Of a stretch of 64,000 nt of DNA, positions 52,636 to 62,713 are shown piece by piece. The stretch covers positions 1,440,001 to 1,504,000 of the forward strand of contig OZ242365.1 of the NCBI GenBank assembly GCA_965208905.1, read 5' to 3'. Every line of letters starts with the position of its first letter. Position 1 is the first letter of the stretch. The position numbers and the translations under genes were made by a program. The stretch comes from Nitrosopumilaceae archaeon (GTDB lineage: Archaea; Thermoproteota; Nitrososphaeria; Nitrososphaerales; Nitrosopumilaceae). The notes under the pieces are model-generated. The model saw only the letters and a list, made by a program, of their open reading frames with translations. It was not told the origin of the DNA and made no database searches.

Positions 52636-53781
52636 ATGTCATATTTTGTTGCGGTAGCCGTCCTGTGTATGGGGTTTGGTGTTTGGAGTGCGTATGGTGA
52701 GTTAAGCCTAGAGCCGGTACTGACTGATCTGGATACTCCCTGGGATGTGGCGTTTGGTGATGAATGGATGTATGTGACCACCCGGCCCGGTATACTGTAT
52801 GGCGTACATGAGGGAGAGGTCACACCACTGTTGCATATGCGTGTGAGTGGTGGTGAGGGAGGAATGCTAGGAGTTGCCACACATGAGGGAATGATATATG
52901 TGTATTATACTGATATAAACAATGGAAATCGTGTGTCTCGATATACGCATACTGAAGATGGTCTCAAGCACGACATAGATATCATACAGGACATACCATC
53001 TGCGGCAATTCACAATGGCGGCCGCATACGGTTTGGCCCAGACGCGATGCTTTATGTGACTACCGGAGATGCTGGGAATCCCAACCACTCACAGGATGTA
53101 AACTCATTGGCTGGCAAGATACTTCGACTCAATCCTGATGGAACCATACCTGCCGACAATCCTGTACCGGGAAGTCCCGTATATGCATATGGTCTGCGCA
53201 ATCCACAGGGAATAACATGGGATGCCAACAACACAATGTATGTTACGGATCATGGTCCTTCGGGACTCTTTGAGAATGCGCATGATGAAATAAACCAAAT
53301 AATACCGTATGGTAACTACGGCTGGCCGGATTCTGTAGGTGACCGCGTTACGTCTGGAACAATAGCCCCTCTGATACACTCAGGTGCGGTAACCTGGGCG
53401 CCGTCTGGCTTGGAGTTTATCAACGGTTCTGGTATATTGGAGTGGGAGGGGATGCTGCTGTATGGTGCCCTGCGCGGAGCGCATTTGGGCACAGTAAATA
53501 TAGATGGTTCTGGCCACGCCACATATCTAGATGGTGAGATTGGTCGGATACGTGCCCCCATACAGCATCCCAACGGAACCGTATACGTGATAACCAGCAA
53601 TACTGATGGGCGCGGGTTGCCTTATGAGGATCACGACATGCTGTTGCGCGTGACCCGTGACATGTCTATACCCGACAAATACGAATACCTAGCCGATATT
53701 CTGTGGAGTATGTACCGTGATGGACACCTGACCGTGCAACAACTGCATGTGGCACTCGGGTATGTATCTTCGCTCAGTTAG
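52636..53781 (+). CDS. PQQ-dependent glucose/sorbosone dehydrogenase-family protein
   Basis: GEGGMLG, HNGGRIRFGPD..LYVTTGD, AGKILR, YGLRNPQG, NYGWP, APSG. Confidence 0.93.
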   Translation: MSYFVAVAVLCMGFGVWSAYGELSLEPVLTDLDTPWDVAFGDEWMYVTTRPGILYGVHEGEVTPLLHMRVSGGEGGMLGVATHEGMIYVYYTDINNGNRVSRYTHTEDGLKHDIDIIQDIPSAAIHNGGRIRFGPDAMLYVTTGDAGNPNHSQDVNSLAGKILRLNPDGTIPADNPVPGSPVYAYGLRNPQGITWDANNTMYVTDHGPSGLFENAHDEINQIIPYGNYGWPDSVGDRVTSGTIAPLIHSGAVTWAPSGLEFINGSGILEWEGMLLYGALRGAHLGTVNIDGSGHATYLDGEIGRIRAPIQHPNGTVYVITSNTDGRGLPYEDHDMLLRVTRDMSIPDKYEYLADILWSMYRDGHLTVQQLHVALGYVSSLS

Positions 53782-53789
53782 GTATAGCG

Positions 53790-54006
53790 GATACGTTCGA
53801 TAAGGGAATTGTACCAGGGTATTCCACGCAGATGTAAACGCTGCGTCCAACATCCTGTATCGGGCGGCGGGGAACGTCGTCCTAAGACGGCCGGGGCATA
53901 AAGAGGGCTACAAACCAACACCCGCCATGCTCCGTTCCATACAACAGGGCCGTCAGAAAATGAATGAGTGTACAGCCAAGGCTGTGTACTTTTCTATATA
54001 ATTCCC
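53790..54006 (+). pseudogene. tnpB 3' remnant with omega-RNA-like end
   Basis: NCTRVFHADVNAASNILYR (zinc finger end plus RuvC-III), hairpin agtgtacagcc-aa-ggctgtgtact, ends ctatataattccc. Confidence 0.8.
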
Positions 54007-54043
54007 AAAAGAGCCATATAGTCAGAGTATTGAGGTTATAACA

Positions 54044-54958
54044 TTGAGTATACGAGCCGAGTTACACTCTCATAATTCATTCTCCAACTTTCATGTAGGA
54101 GAGGATGAGCCGCCGTACGACTGTAACGTATCTGTAAGGGATCAGTTAGAGAGGGCATTACAACAAAATTTGGATGCCATATTTGTGACAAACCACAATA
54201 CATTATCTGGGTATGATGCCATATTACAATGTAAAAAGGATCATTCTAAATTCCAGAACATCATGGTGTATCCCGCAGAAGAGATAACAACCGATACGGG
54301 TGCCCACATATTGGCTTATGGAATATACGATGAGATACCACCTAATTTACCATTAGAAGAGGTTCTTGATGAGATACGCAGACAGAATGCCATATCTTCG
54401 GCGCCGCACCCATTCAGCCTGCTTGATGCCATGCGACAAGATGCCATACAGTGTGACATGATAGAGGTGTTCAACAGCAATAATGTAGATGTAATATCAA
54501 ATGACCGCGCAGCAGAGTTTGCTGCTACACATTCGATGATATGTGTAGCAGGTAGTGATTCGCATGTATCAAATACCATGGGCCGTTGTGTCAATACGAT
54601 ACACTCATCAAATGATTTAGACTCGATACTAGAGTCCATGCGACATGGCCGCATTACAATAGAGCAGACCGGCTATGCCAATCGAACAGAGACGCTGGAT
54701 CATCTGCAATACAAGATACGTAACTCGCGCCAGTACTTTGAAGAGTACATAACAGAGCACTATTCAAATTCGCGTTGGTTGCTTCGATTGTTGTTGCACA
54801 CGTACAGTTCCAACCCAAACAGCATACTGTGGACGCAGGTATACAAGTTGGGCGTGTACTTGATGAGTAGAGTCTCATCAAAGGTGAATCAAAAGGGCGC
54901 GGATCCCTCTTTTATGAAGAACCGGGATTTGTGCAATATGTTGCGCATGGCAATTTAA
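54044..54958 (+). CDS. PHP-domain metallo-phosphoesterase
   Basis: ELHSH, VTNHN, AEEI, H.LAYG, APHPF, IEVFN, GSDSH. Confidence 0.92.
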   Translation: MSIRAELHSHNSFSNFHVGEDEPPYDCNVSVRDQLERALQQNLDAIFVTNHNTLSGYDAILQCKKDHSKFQNIMVYPAEEITTDTGAHILAYGIYDEIPPNLPLEEVLDEIRRQNAISSAPHPFSLLDAMRQDAIQCDMIEVFNSNNVDVISNDRAAEFAATHSMICVAGSDSHVSNTMGRCVNTIHSSNDLDSILESMRHGRITIEQTGYANRTETLDHLQYKIRNSRQYFEEYITEHYSNSRWLLRLLLHTYSSNPNSILWTQVYKLGVYLMSRVSSKVNQKGADPSFMKNRDLCNMLRMAI

Positions 54959-55524
54959 TGCCGGCAACTGCCATGTGTCCAGTCTGCAAACTCAAACTCT
55001 GATCTGTCGCACCAATAATCGTTTATCCACCCTAGACCAAACCCAATCATTATCTCACCTAGATGTAGTTCTGTATTGCAGTATACAACAGCAATTGTCC
55101 GTTCGTATCTATCCTGTCTCTGTTTATCGTCTATATCGTACTGTGCAGGCGAGCCTACAGGGCAGAGTAGTTTGGCTAGTACAGCATGCGGCATTGTATA
55201 ATTACCACTATCTTGTACATCGACTAGTGGTATGCGTATAATCACATCATCAATGTGTATGGTGTTCCCGTCAACGTTTCTTGTAACAGTACCATACACA
55301 AGTTCAGGATTGTCTGTTTGTGGTGGCTCTCCCAGATATATTATGTCTTCATCTAAAAGATAGCGAATCGCCGTTGTATACTCATCAGCAGTTAACAGAC
55401 CGTCTGTATAATATTGCGTCAGGTCTGATATCCATTCTGGTATGTGCGGCTCTGCCTCATCTGCATATGCTGCTACACTTGCATATGCTGCAGTTATAAC
55501 AAAAAGGATTATTGTAAACATCAT
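54955..55524 (-). CDS. Secreted thermonuclease (SNase-like) protein
   Basis: Signal peptide, IPEWI...DGL...EY..AIRYL module, VTRNVDGNTI...IR...VD, DRYERT.A.VYC. Start ATG lies inside the IS target duplication. Confidence 0.82.
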   Translation of the reverse strand: MMFTIILFVITAAYASVAAYADEAEPHIPEWISDLTQYYTDGLLTADEYTTAIRYLLDEDIIYLGEPPQTDNPELVYGTVTRNVDGNTIHIDDVIIRIPLVDVQDSGNYTMPHAVLAKLLCPVGSPAQYDIDDKQRQDRYERTIAVVYCNTELHLGEIMIGFGLGWINDYWCDRSEFEFADWTHGSCRH

Positions 55525-55528
55525 TATT

Positions 55529-56584
55529 TGTTTTATATGAAAATTATGTTCGTTAATCATCGGTATCTCTCTCCATCCATTTTGGGTCCTTTTCTCTGAT
55601 CGCTTTTGTGGCCTTTCTGACAGAAAATGCCTGTAGTGGTGTCTCGTAGTTGTCAATATCCAACGAAAAGTGAAGTCTGCGCTCATTATAGTACTCTATA
55701 TAGGAAGATAGACTATCATAATGATGTATCTCTGTCTCTATACTACCGTGAAAGCGTTCCAGTTTGCCGTTTGTCTGCGGATGATACGGTCGTGAGTTTA
55801 TCATCTCGATTCCACGGTCTAACAACTCGGCCTCAAACGCAGTAGGCTTCCATTTGCCCTTAGGTGAATCGTCATGCCTTCTTCCCCCGTTAAAACACCT
55901 ACCATTATCTGAGAGGATAGTGGCCGGTGTACCAAATCTCGCTATTGCTTGTCGCAGCACATCTACTACGTTTTCTGAGGTGGCTTCCTTGAATAGGGCA
56001 GCACCCGTTATACACCTTGATGAATCATCTAGAAATGTGACTAGGTTGAGCCCTGCAAAGCGTTGATCCTTCATTATATGCCAGTCAACATGCCACATGG
56101 CATTGGAATATTTGCGCTCATACCTAACGTATTTTCTTTTTTTGGATTTTGCTACAGATGATGTGACTAGTCCATGTTCTTTCATTATGCGATATATGGT
56201 GGCATAGCTTATATTCGGATTGTCTTTTCTGACCCTCCTTGCTGTTCGTATGATGCCTACATCTTCCTCTGCATGTTTGTTCAACACGGTTCGGACCTCC
56301 TCTGCCGACGGTGGTGGGTGGACTGGCCGGCCTGGCTTTTGTTGCACGTGTATCTGTCCTGTTCTTGTAAACTCTGCACATAGTCGTCCTACATGTTGTG
56401 GTGTTACACCTATATCGTCTGCTATGTCAACAAGCGTCTTACCCTTACCACGTTCCCTTATGGCGTATCGTATCTGTTTATCCGTCAACTTTGTCATTTT
56501 CATCTTTTTTCGTGATCGATAAAGCGTGAAGTATTCCTTTGCTTGCAACCAGAACTTAGTCGAACCTAATTTTTGTACAACAGA
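55529..56584 (-). mobile_element. IS481-family IS (copy B), 15-bp target duplication
   Basis: gtaaacatcattatt at 55514-55528 and 56585-56599; imperfect 24-bp ends. Confidence 0.9.
55553..56548 (-). CDS. IS481-family transposase
   Basis: RYERKYSNAMWHVDW, LDDSSR, ILSDNG, RPYHPQTNGKLERFH; paralogue of 41477-42460. Confidence 0.93.
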   Translation of the reverse strand: MQAKEYFTLYRSRKKMKMTKLTDKQIRYAIRERGKGKTLVDIADDIGVTPQHVGRLCAEFTRTGQIHVQQKPGRPVHPPPSAEEVRTVLNKHAEEDVGIIRTARRVRKDNPNISYATIYRIMKEHGLVTSSVAKSKKRKYVRYERKYSNAMWHVDWHIMKDQRFAGLNLVTFLDDSSRCITGAALFKEATSENVVDVLRQAIARFGTPATILSDNGRCFNGGRRHDDSPKGKWKPTAFEAELLDRGIEMINSRPYHPQTNGKLERFHGSIETEIHHYDSLSSYIEYYNERRLHFSLDIDNYETPLQAFSVRKATKAIREKDPKWMERDTDD

Positions 56585-57006
56585 GTAAACATCATTATTA
56601 AAAAATAATTAATATCTACTGTGTAATAAGTAGCGTAACTGCAAATTACCATGCTAAAAAAAATACTGTTGAAAAAGGTTCCTCCCGCCAAGCCAGGTGA
56701 CTGTGCCGCGCCTGGCGCCTCTAGTGTTTTACGCCGCTAAAGTCCAGTCCATATAAAATGTGATGGGCAATCAATGGTGCGTGTTGTGCCCTGGCTCATC
56801 ACCCGATTTTGCACGGGGAATCGGTACCGCGGCAGTACACGGGGCCGGTCCGCTCTTCAATGCTTTGATATTGAGACAAGGACACGCCGGCTGGTGCATG
56901 GCCGTCAAGTATGACCATGCCGTGCAAGCCGCAAGGCGGGTTGTGGCCAAGTCGCCCGTTCCTGCGGGAATAACCCCAATCACATCTTTCGGAGAGGTCC
57001 CGTTGA

Positions 57007-58068
57007 CTATCGCTTGTAGAACCGGGTGGATGCCAGTTGTGCCTTGTATCTCTTTTTGCCAATGCCCACTGCAACGTGGGCCCCCACCTTATACTCCGGC
57101 AAAACGTAGCAGTATCCGATGGGCCTGCCCAGCGTGGGAGAGAAGCCGCCGGAGGTGACCGTGCCCACCGGCTTCTCGTTGTCATATATGGTATCACCTT
57201 TTCTTGCTACGCGTCCAGAATCAACGACCATAAAGCCTCGCAGCTTCTTTGTTATCTTCCTTGAGAGCAGTGCGTCTCTGCCGATAAAATCAGTCTCCAT
57301 CTTTACTGTCCACCCCAAGGGCGCCTCCAAGGGTGTGGTGTCCTCGTCTATATCATTTCCATATAGCATCATTCCCGCCTCCAGTCGCAGGGTGTCGCGC
57401 GCCCCCAGACCTGCAGGCATTATGCCAAATGCGGCGCCGTTCTCCAATATCACATCCCAGAGGTGGCCGTGCCCGCCATCAAAGAACAGCTCAAAGCCGT
57501 CCTCGCCGGTATATCCTGTCCGGGATATCATACAGGGGGCGCCGTCCAAGTCCATGTGCACAAGCCGGAAGGGCCTCACGCCTCCCATCTCTGCACCCAT
57601 CTTCTCAAGTATGCGGGACGACTGCGGGCCTTGCAGGGCCAGCAGGGATGTCTCAGCCGTAACGTCTTTTATCTCGCACCGGCTCATGTCTGCACCGGCC
57701 ATTATCCAGTCCATGTCCTTTGTCCTGTTGGACGCGTTAACCACCATGACAAAATCGCCGGGACCCAGCCGACTTACTATGACATCATCCACTATCCCGC
57801 CGCTGTGGTTGCACATCGGCGAGTACAGTGATTGGCCGTCTGCCACTTGACGTATGTCGTTTGTTATTACACGCTGTATCAGATCTTGGGCACCCAGACC
57901 GCGTATCTTGAAACGCCCCATGTGTGACACATCAAAGAGGCCCGCACTGCCTCGGACACCCTTGTGTTCCTGAATTATACCCGAGTATTGAAGGGGCATA
58001 TCCCAACTGTAAAAGTCCACAATCTTTGCGCCCAGCCCGAGGTGTCGCTCGTAGAATGCAGTTCTCAT
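57007..58068 (-). CDS. gcvT: Glycine cleavage system aminomethyltransferase T
   Basis: MPLQYS.II.EH..VR..AGLFDVSHMG, SRTGYTGEDGFE, GLGARDTLRLEAG. Confidence 0.96.
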   Translation of the reverse strand: MRTAFYERHLGLGAKIVDFYSWDMPLQYSGIIQEHKGVRGSAGLFDVSHMGRFKIRGLGAQDLIQRVITNDIRQVADGQSLYSPMCNHSGGIVDDVIVSRLGPGDFVMVVNASNRTKDMDWIMAGADMSRCEIKDVTAETSLLALQGPQSSRILEKMGAEMGGVRPFRLVHMDLDGAPCMISRTGYTGEDGFELFFDGGHGHLWDVILENGAAFGIMPAGLGARDTLRLEAGMMLYGNDIDEDTTPLEAPLGWTVKMETDFIGRDALLSRKITKKLRGFMVVDSGRVARKGDTIYDNEKPVGTVTSGGFSPTLGRPIGYCYVLPEYKVGAHVAVGIGKKRYKAQLASTRFYKR

Positions 58069-58117
58069 GGCGCAGATAACGTTACCATTATAAATATATC
58101 TTGATTAAGTTTTTGGT

Positions 58118-59014
58118 ATGGACGGCCCTGCTCTCATACGTCCGCGCTGGCTGAAGACTAAGATACCCTCAGGCGAGGCATACGCCAACGTACGAAGAAC
58201 CATCAAGCGGCACAGCCTGCATACGGTGTGCCAGGAGGCATCGTGCCCGAATGTGGCCGAGTGCTGGGGCGCCGGCACTGCCACCATAATGATAATGGGC
58301 GACATCTGCACCCGGGGTTGCGGATTCTGTGATGTGAATACAGGCAGGCCCGGGGCCTTGGATGTGCGGGAGCCGGGCGCCGTGGCAGGGGCAATACTAG
58401 ATTTGGGCCTTCGGTACGCTGTAATAACATCGGTGTGCAGGGACGATCTTCCCGACGGCGGGGCGGGGCATTTTGCAGAGACCATACGGCACATACGGCA
58501 CCGGTGCCCCGACACCATAGTGGAGTCTCTGATTCCGGATTTTGCAGGAGACCATACCCTGATAGATGCGGTGGCCGATGCAGGACCCCATGTGGTGGGC
58601 CACAACATAGAGACCGTGCGCCGGCTCAGCCCGCAGGTCCGGGACCGCCGGGCTGGCTACTCCCAGTCGCTGCAGGTCCTGCGCCACACCAAAGAGAGTC
58701 ATCCCAGAATATTTACAAAGTCATCCATGATGTTGGGTCTGGGCGAGTCCACAGACGAGATACTTGAGACGGCCACAGACCTCCGGGAATCCATGGTGGA
58801 CTTTGTCACGCTGGGCCAGTACATGCAGCCTTCAACACGACACCTTCCGGTCAAAGAGTACATACATCCTGAGAGGTTCGATCAGCTAAAACACATGCTG
58901 TGTGATTTGGGGTTCCTGCATGTGAAGGCCGGACCCTTTGTGCGGAGCTCCTTTCGGGCCTCGGACATAGCGGATATCGTATCGGGCCGCCGGGGCATGC
59001 GCCCCACCACATAG
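58118..59014 (+). CDS. lipA: Lipoyl synthase
   Basis: CQEASCPN..ECW (CX4CX5C), CTRGCGFC radical-SAM motif, VRSS. Confidence 0.97.
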   Translation: MDGPALIRPRWLKTKIPSGEAYANVRRTIKRHSLHTVCQEASCPNVAECWGAGTATIMIMGDICTRGCGFCDVNTGRPGALDVREPGAVAGAILDLGLRYAVITSVCRDDLPDGGAGHFAETIRHIRHRCPDTIVESLIPDFAGDHTLIDAVADAGPHVVGHNIETVRRLSPQVRDRRAGYSQSLQVLRHTKESHPRIFTKSSMMLGLGESTDEILETATDLRESMVDFVTLGQYMQPSTRHLPVKEYIHPERFDQLKHMLCDLGFLHVKAGPFVRSSFRASDIADIVSGRRGMRPTT

Positions 59015-59105
59015 TATCCTGTAGTGACACTCAATATTTCTGGAGCGGTAATGGCGCTAGACTAGTTTGAGAAAAGTATTGGATCTCACCTTGGAGTACT
59101 ACACA

Positions 59106-60182
59106 TCAGGATATTCTCTCAAAGGCAAAGGCGCCCGCACCCTCCCAGCCGTAGTCTATGAAGCATCCCATGTTGCCCTTGTATATTGCATCCTGCCGAA
59201 TACATTCGTCTACAAATTGTATGGAGCTCAGGGCGCCCATGTTGCCCGTGCTGCTCATTATGTCATGGCTCATGCGGATCTTTGAGGGATCCAGACTGCA
59301 GCCTTCGGCTACAGAGTCCACAAATTTTTTTCCCGCAGTGTGTATGCCAAATCTATCTATTCCTTCCGGGAGTACCCTCTGCAGCCGTGTGAGGCTCTTG
59401 GCGGCCAAACGCACAATGTCGTCCCGTAGGCCCCGCGGGTCCAGGCTCATGTCAAATATCACCCTGCATCTATTGTCCGGTGACATCTTTAGCGTGGCCG
59501 CCGGGACTGGCCTTGCACTCCTTGTTACAACCACGTGGCGTGGGTCTATGCGCACCTGCGCCCCGTCCGGTTCTGGCGATATTATGGCCGATGCGGCGGC
59601 ATCGCTGAATATTAGAAAATATATCATGCTGTAAAAGTCTCCCCGGCTCTTTCGTGTGATGTTTTTGATCTGCTTTATCCTGTCCAAAAACCACTCCGTA
59701 TAGCCGGACCCCATGATTAGCAACACAGCTCCTTGACCACCCATGGCAAAGTGCCCAGCCGAGTTCAGAAGTGACTCCGGAAGCGCCGAGCACGCAAGCC
59801 CCTGCAGGTTCTGCGCCCTTATATCTTGACGCAGGGAGAGCTGCGGCACCAAACCCGCGGTGGGGGCCGGATCCAGATATTGAGGGTTGTCGTTGACAGT
59901 GATCAGCATTCCTATGCCGGACCGGTCCATTCCACCCATGGATACGCTGGCGGCCTGCCGGTACATCTCGTCCATTGTAATGGTAGGCTCCACGTACTGG
60001 TCGCTCCCAAAGTCCACCTTTGATAGATCGTATGACTTGTAAACATACTCAATGCCCAGCTGACTCTTGGCATACTCCCTTGCCTCCCTGTCCATCTTGT
60101 CCCGCAGCATGTCATCCACAATCTCTGATATGGAATAGCGGAATGGGGCCTTGACCACCGAAATGCCCGAGAGCCACACCAT
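59106..60182 (-). CDS. Type III polyketide synthase / FabH-like thiolase-fold condensing enzyme
   Basis: Candidate Cys-His-Asn triad QGLACS, IHTAG, GNMG; IFSDAAAS motif. Confidence 0.7.
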   Translation of the reverse strand: MVWLSGISVVKAPFRYSISEIVDDMLRDKMDREAREYAKSQLGIEYVYKSYDLSKVDFGSDQYVEPTITMDEMYRQAASVSMGGMDRSGIGMLITVNDNPQYLDPAPTAGLVPQLSLRQDIRAQNLQGLACSALPESLLNSAGHFAMGGQGAVLLIMGSGYTEWFLDRIKQIKNITRKSRGDFYSMIYFLIFSDAAASAIISPEPDGAQVRIDPRHVVVTRSARPVPAATLKMSPDNRCRVIFDMSLDPRGLRDDIVRLAAKSLTRLQRVLPEGIDRFGIHTAGKKFVDSVAEGCSLDPSKIRMSHDIMSSTGNMGALSSIQFVDECIRQDAIYKGNMGCFIDYGWEGAGAFAFERIS

Positions 60183-60186
60183 GCGC

Positions 60187-61113
60187 CTACAGCCCCCGCA
60201 GCAGTGTGCCTAAATCCTCAAAGAATGCGTCATCGTACCTGTCGGGCGGGAGATCAAAGCCCAGAACCAGCACGTCGGCCTCCGACTTTCGGGCCATGCC
60301 GCGTATCACACGAGCGCAGGACTCGGGTGTGCCCCATACCGCCTGCACTTCGTCCAGCATGCTGTCGTCCACCATGCGTGCCCCGCCCCGCACCCCCTCT
60401 CTGCTGTATGCGTCCCGTATGCCGGCAACATCAAATCCCGCCGCGGCCAAAGGCTCGCCATAAAAGCCGTTTGCGCCCACATATCCGGCAACGGTCATTT
60501 TTACATCCATGCGGGCATCATGCGCCGTACTGCGACTCATAGATACGGGAATGATGGACATTATACCAAATTCCGGTGGCGCCCCCTCCCGGATTGCCCT
60601 GATGTGCTTTGGCATATGTGAGCGCGGCTTGAGAAAGAAGATGACGCCGTCGGCGTTCTGTATGGCGAGCTGCAGCACCCTCTCGCCCACTGCGGCCCAG
60701 TATATCGGCCCCGCATACCCATGTACGCGGAGGCTCTTGGTATATGACACAAGACGTGATACGGGCCTGCGAAACGCCATCTTCCACATGCCCTCTACGA
60801 TGACCGGCGCGCTTGTACCAATTCCCAGTATGAACCGCTCTCCTACGGTACGGTGGATGCGGAGCGCCTGATATAACATGTCTTCACGGGTGCGAGAAAA
60901 CACGTTGATTACACCGGTGCCCATGCGTGCTCGACTTGGGAGGCCTGCCGATACCTCCAGTATCATGTCCAGTGCGTTGACACCCATTATGCGCGGGTGG
61001 GTTTCTGGAACTAGAAAGTATTCCGCATAAGATCCTGCCAGTTCGGCCGCTCTCCTCACGGCCTTTGCGGGGGCCCGTATGCCCAGCTCTATCCCTATTC
61101 TGGCCCCGGACAT
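60187..61113 (-). CDS. Luciferase-like (LLM class, possibly F420-dependent) oxidoreductase
   Basis: VPETH, MGTGVIN.FSR, RFILGIGTS, PIYWAAVG...L.LA...ADG, WGTPE.C. Confidence 0.85.
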   Translation of the reverse strand: MSGARIGIELGIRAPAKAVRRAAELAGSYAEYFLVPETHPRIMGVNALDMILEVSAGLPSRARMGTGVINVFSRTREDMLYQALRIHRTVGERFILGIGTSAPVIVEGMWKMAFRRPVSRLVSYTKSLRVHGYAGPIYWAAVGERVLQLAIQNADGVIFFLKPRSHMPKHIRAIREGAPPEFGIMSIIPVSMSRSTAHDARMDVKMTVAGYVGANGFYGEPLAAAGFDVAGIRDAYSREGVRGGARMVDDSMLDEVQAVWGTPESCARVIRGMARKSEADVLVLGFDLPPDRYDDAFFEDLGTLLRGL

Positions 61114-62414
61114 GCTTTCTCGGCCTCCTGCATGCGCGCTGCGGCTGCTGCCGCGTCGGCAAGGGCTTCCGGCAGGGTGGGGTGTGCATGTATGGTATTG
61201 GCCACATCCTGTGGTCTGAGGCCCATCCTTATGGCCAACGCCGCCTCACCTATGATCTCGCTGGCATGCGCGCCCACAATCAGTGCCCCCTGCAGTGTAC
61301 CGTCTCCGGTATACACACTAGCGAATCCACGGGTCTGCCCCATGCAGTTTGCCTTTGCGTTGGCGACCATCTGCACTGTGGCCGCCGAACCCTCCAGTTT
61401 TCCCACCATTGCCACCTCGGGATACGTGAACACACAGTAGGGTATTGTGGTGTAGTCTATACGGGTGTGCCGGCCCAGTATGTTATCTGCCGCGACCTCT
61501 CCCTGGCGCGTGGCCACATGCGCCAGCTCGTACACCCCAGTGACATCGCCCACCGCATATATGCTGTCTGCGCTGGTCTGCATTCTTGCATCCACGGCTA
61601 TCCCACTGTCGCCATATTTGACACCCAGCATATCGAGCCGGTCTGCATCCAAGGCCGGGTATCGTCCCACACTGGCTAGTATAACCTCGGGGTCCATCTC
61701 GTCCCTCCCCACAACAATGCGGCCGTCATGTACGTTTGCCGTGGCGCCGGTGAATACCGATATGCCGTCCAGCTTCATGTACTTTTCTACTGTATCTCCT
61801 ACAATCTTTGGTTGCCCCGGTAGTAGGGACCCTTGCGCTTCGGCCAGCCACACCCTGCAGCCCAAGGCATTCAGTATGGATGCAAACTCGCATCCGCTAT
61901 ACCCCCCTCCTATGACCAGTATGGATTCGGGTAGACTCTGCAACTCAAACACAGAGTCGGTGGTAAGCGTCTCATAGCCCGGCAAATCTATAGTCTTTGG
62001 CATGCTCCCTGTCGCCAGCACCACATTGCGGGTCTCGTATCTTGCTCCGTCAACCTCTACAACGCCTGGCGATATCACACTGGCCTCTCCGGATATTGTG
62101 TCCACATTGTGCTGTCGGAGCTGGAGTCTCATCCCCGAAGCAATTCTGGATATTGTACTCTTCATGCCGGCGCTCAGCATGTCATAATTGATGCTTATGG
62201 TGCCGTCCCCTATGCCGTGTCTCTTTGAGGCCCTCACTCTCCGGGCCAAGTCGCCCATCGCATGAAGATACTTTGTGGGGATGCATCCCCTCTGGGTGCA
62301 GGTGCCGCCAAGGCCGTTCCGTTCTATTATGCACACATTGGCACCGCCTTTGGCCAGGCTTATGGCGCATGCATAGCCCCCGGGCCCGGCTCCCACAACT
62401 ATGGCATCATACAC
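61095..62414 (-). CDS. lpdA: Dihydrolipoamide dehydrogenase
   Basis: GAGPGGY, GGTCTQRGCIPTK, GGGYSG.E, YAVGDV, HAHPTL.E. Confidence 0.93.
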   Translation of the reverse strand: MYDAIVVGAGPGGYACAISLAKGGANVCIIERNGLGGTCTQRGCIPTKYLHAMGDLARRVRASKRHGIGDGTISINYDMLSAGMKSTISRIASGMRLQLRQHNVDTISGEASVISPGVVEVDGARYETRNVVLATGSMPKTIDLPGYETLTTDSVFELQSLPESILVIGGGYSGCEFASILNALGCRVWLAEAQGSLLPGQPKIVGDTVEKYMKLDGISVFTGATANVHDGRIVVGRDEMDPEVILASVGRYPALDADRLDMLGVKYGDSGIAVDARMQTSADSIYAVGDVTGVYELAHVATRQGEVAADNILGRHTRIDYTTIPYCVFTYPEVAMVGKLEGSAATVQMVANAKANCMGQTRGFASVYTGDGTLQGALIVGAHASEIIGEAALAIRMGLRPQDVANTIHAHPTLPEALADAAAAAARMQEAEKACPGPE

Positions 62415-62713
62415 GGTAGGGAGTATATACGATACACAATAAATATCGCTCTTCTGTAGGATGCTGGAAATGCAAAGTGATCCATCTGATGATCAAAGTT
62501 GTATCAGATCGGTATAACTTTACATTCCCAAGAATCAGACACTATACCAACCAATGTATAGCCAACCCTCGCCGCACCCAAGTGTGTCACCCAAGCCCAT
62601 ACTGCCGACTGCCTTCTCGGATGCCCTCAGGAGGCCGCTACGATTCATTCGAAAATACACTGAAAATACCATACATCCCGACAATACCGGGTAGGGCAGC
62701 CTATGCTTCCATA

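Noticed and set aside
52284-52642. Short ORFs between the cassette and the dehydrogenase
   Set aside because: No recognisable motifs; possibly decayed DNA.
53804-53814. gggaattgtac as left TIR of a mini-element
   Set aside because: Explained by the tnpB zinc-finger codons (N-C-T); no TSD.
56675-56760. tRNA/ncRNA or att site at the island border
   Set aside because: Only a short ccagg/cctgg stem and T-tract; no cloverleaf or T-loop motif.
56771-56983. ORF with IGVIPAGTGD (diacylglycerol-kinase-like motif)
   Set aside because: Single short motif, rest unsupported; at most a remnant.
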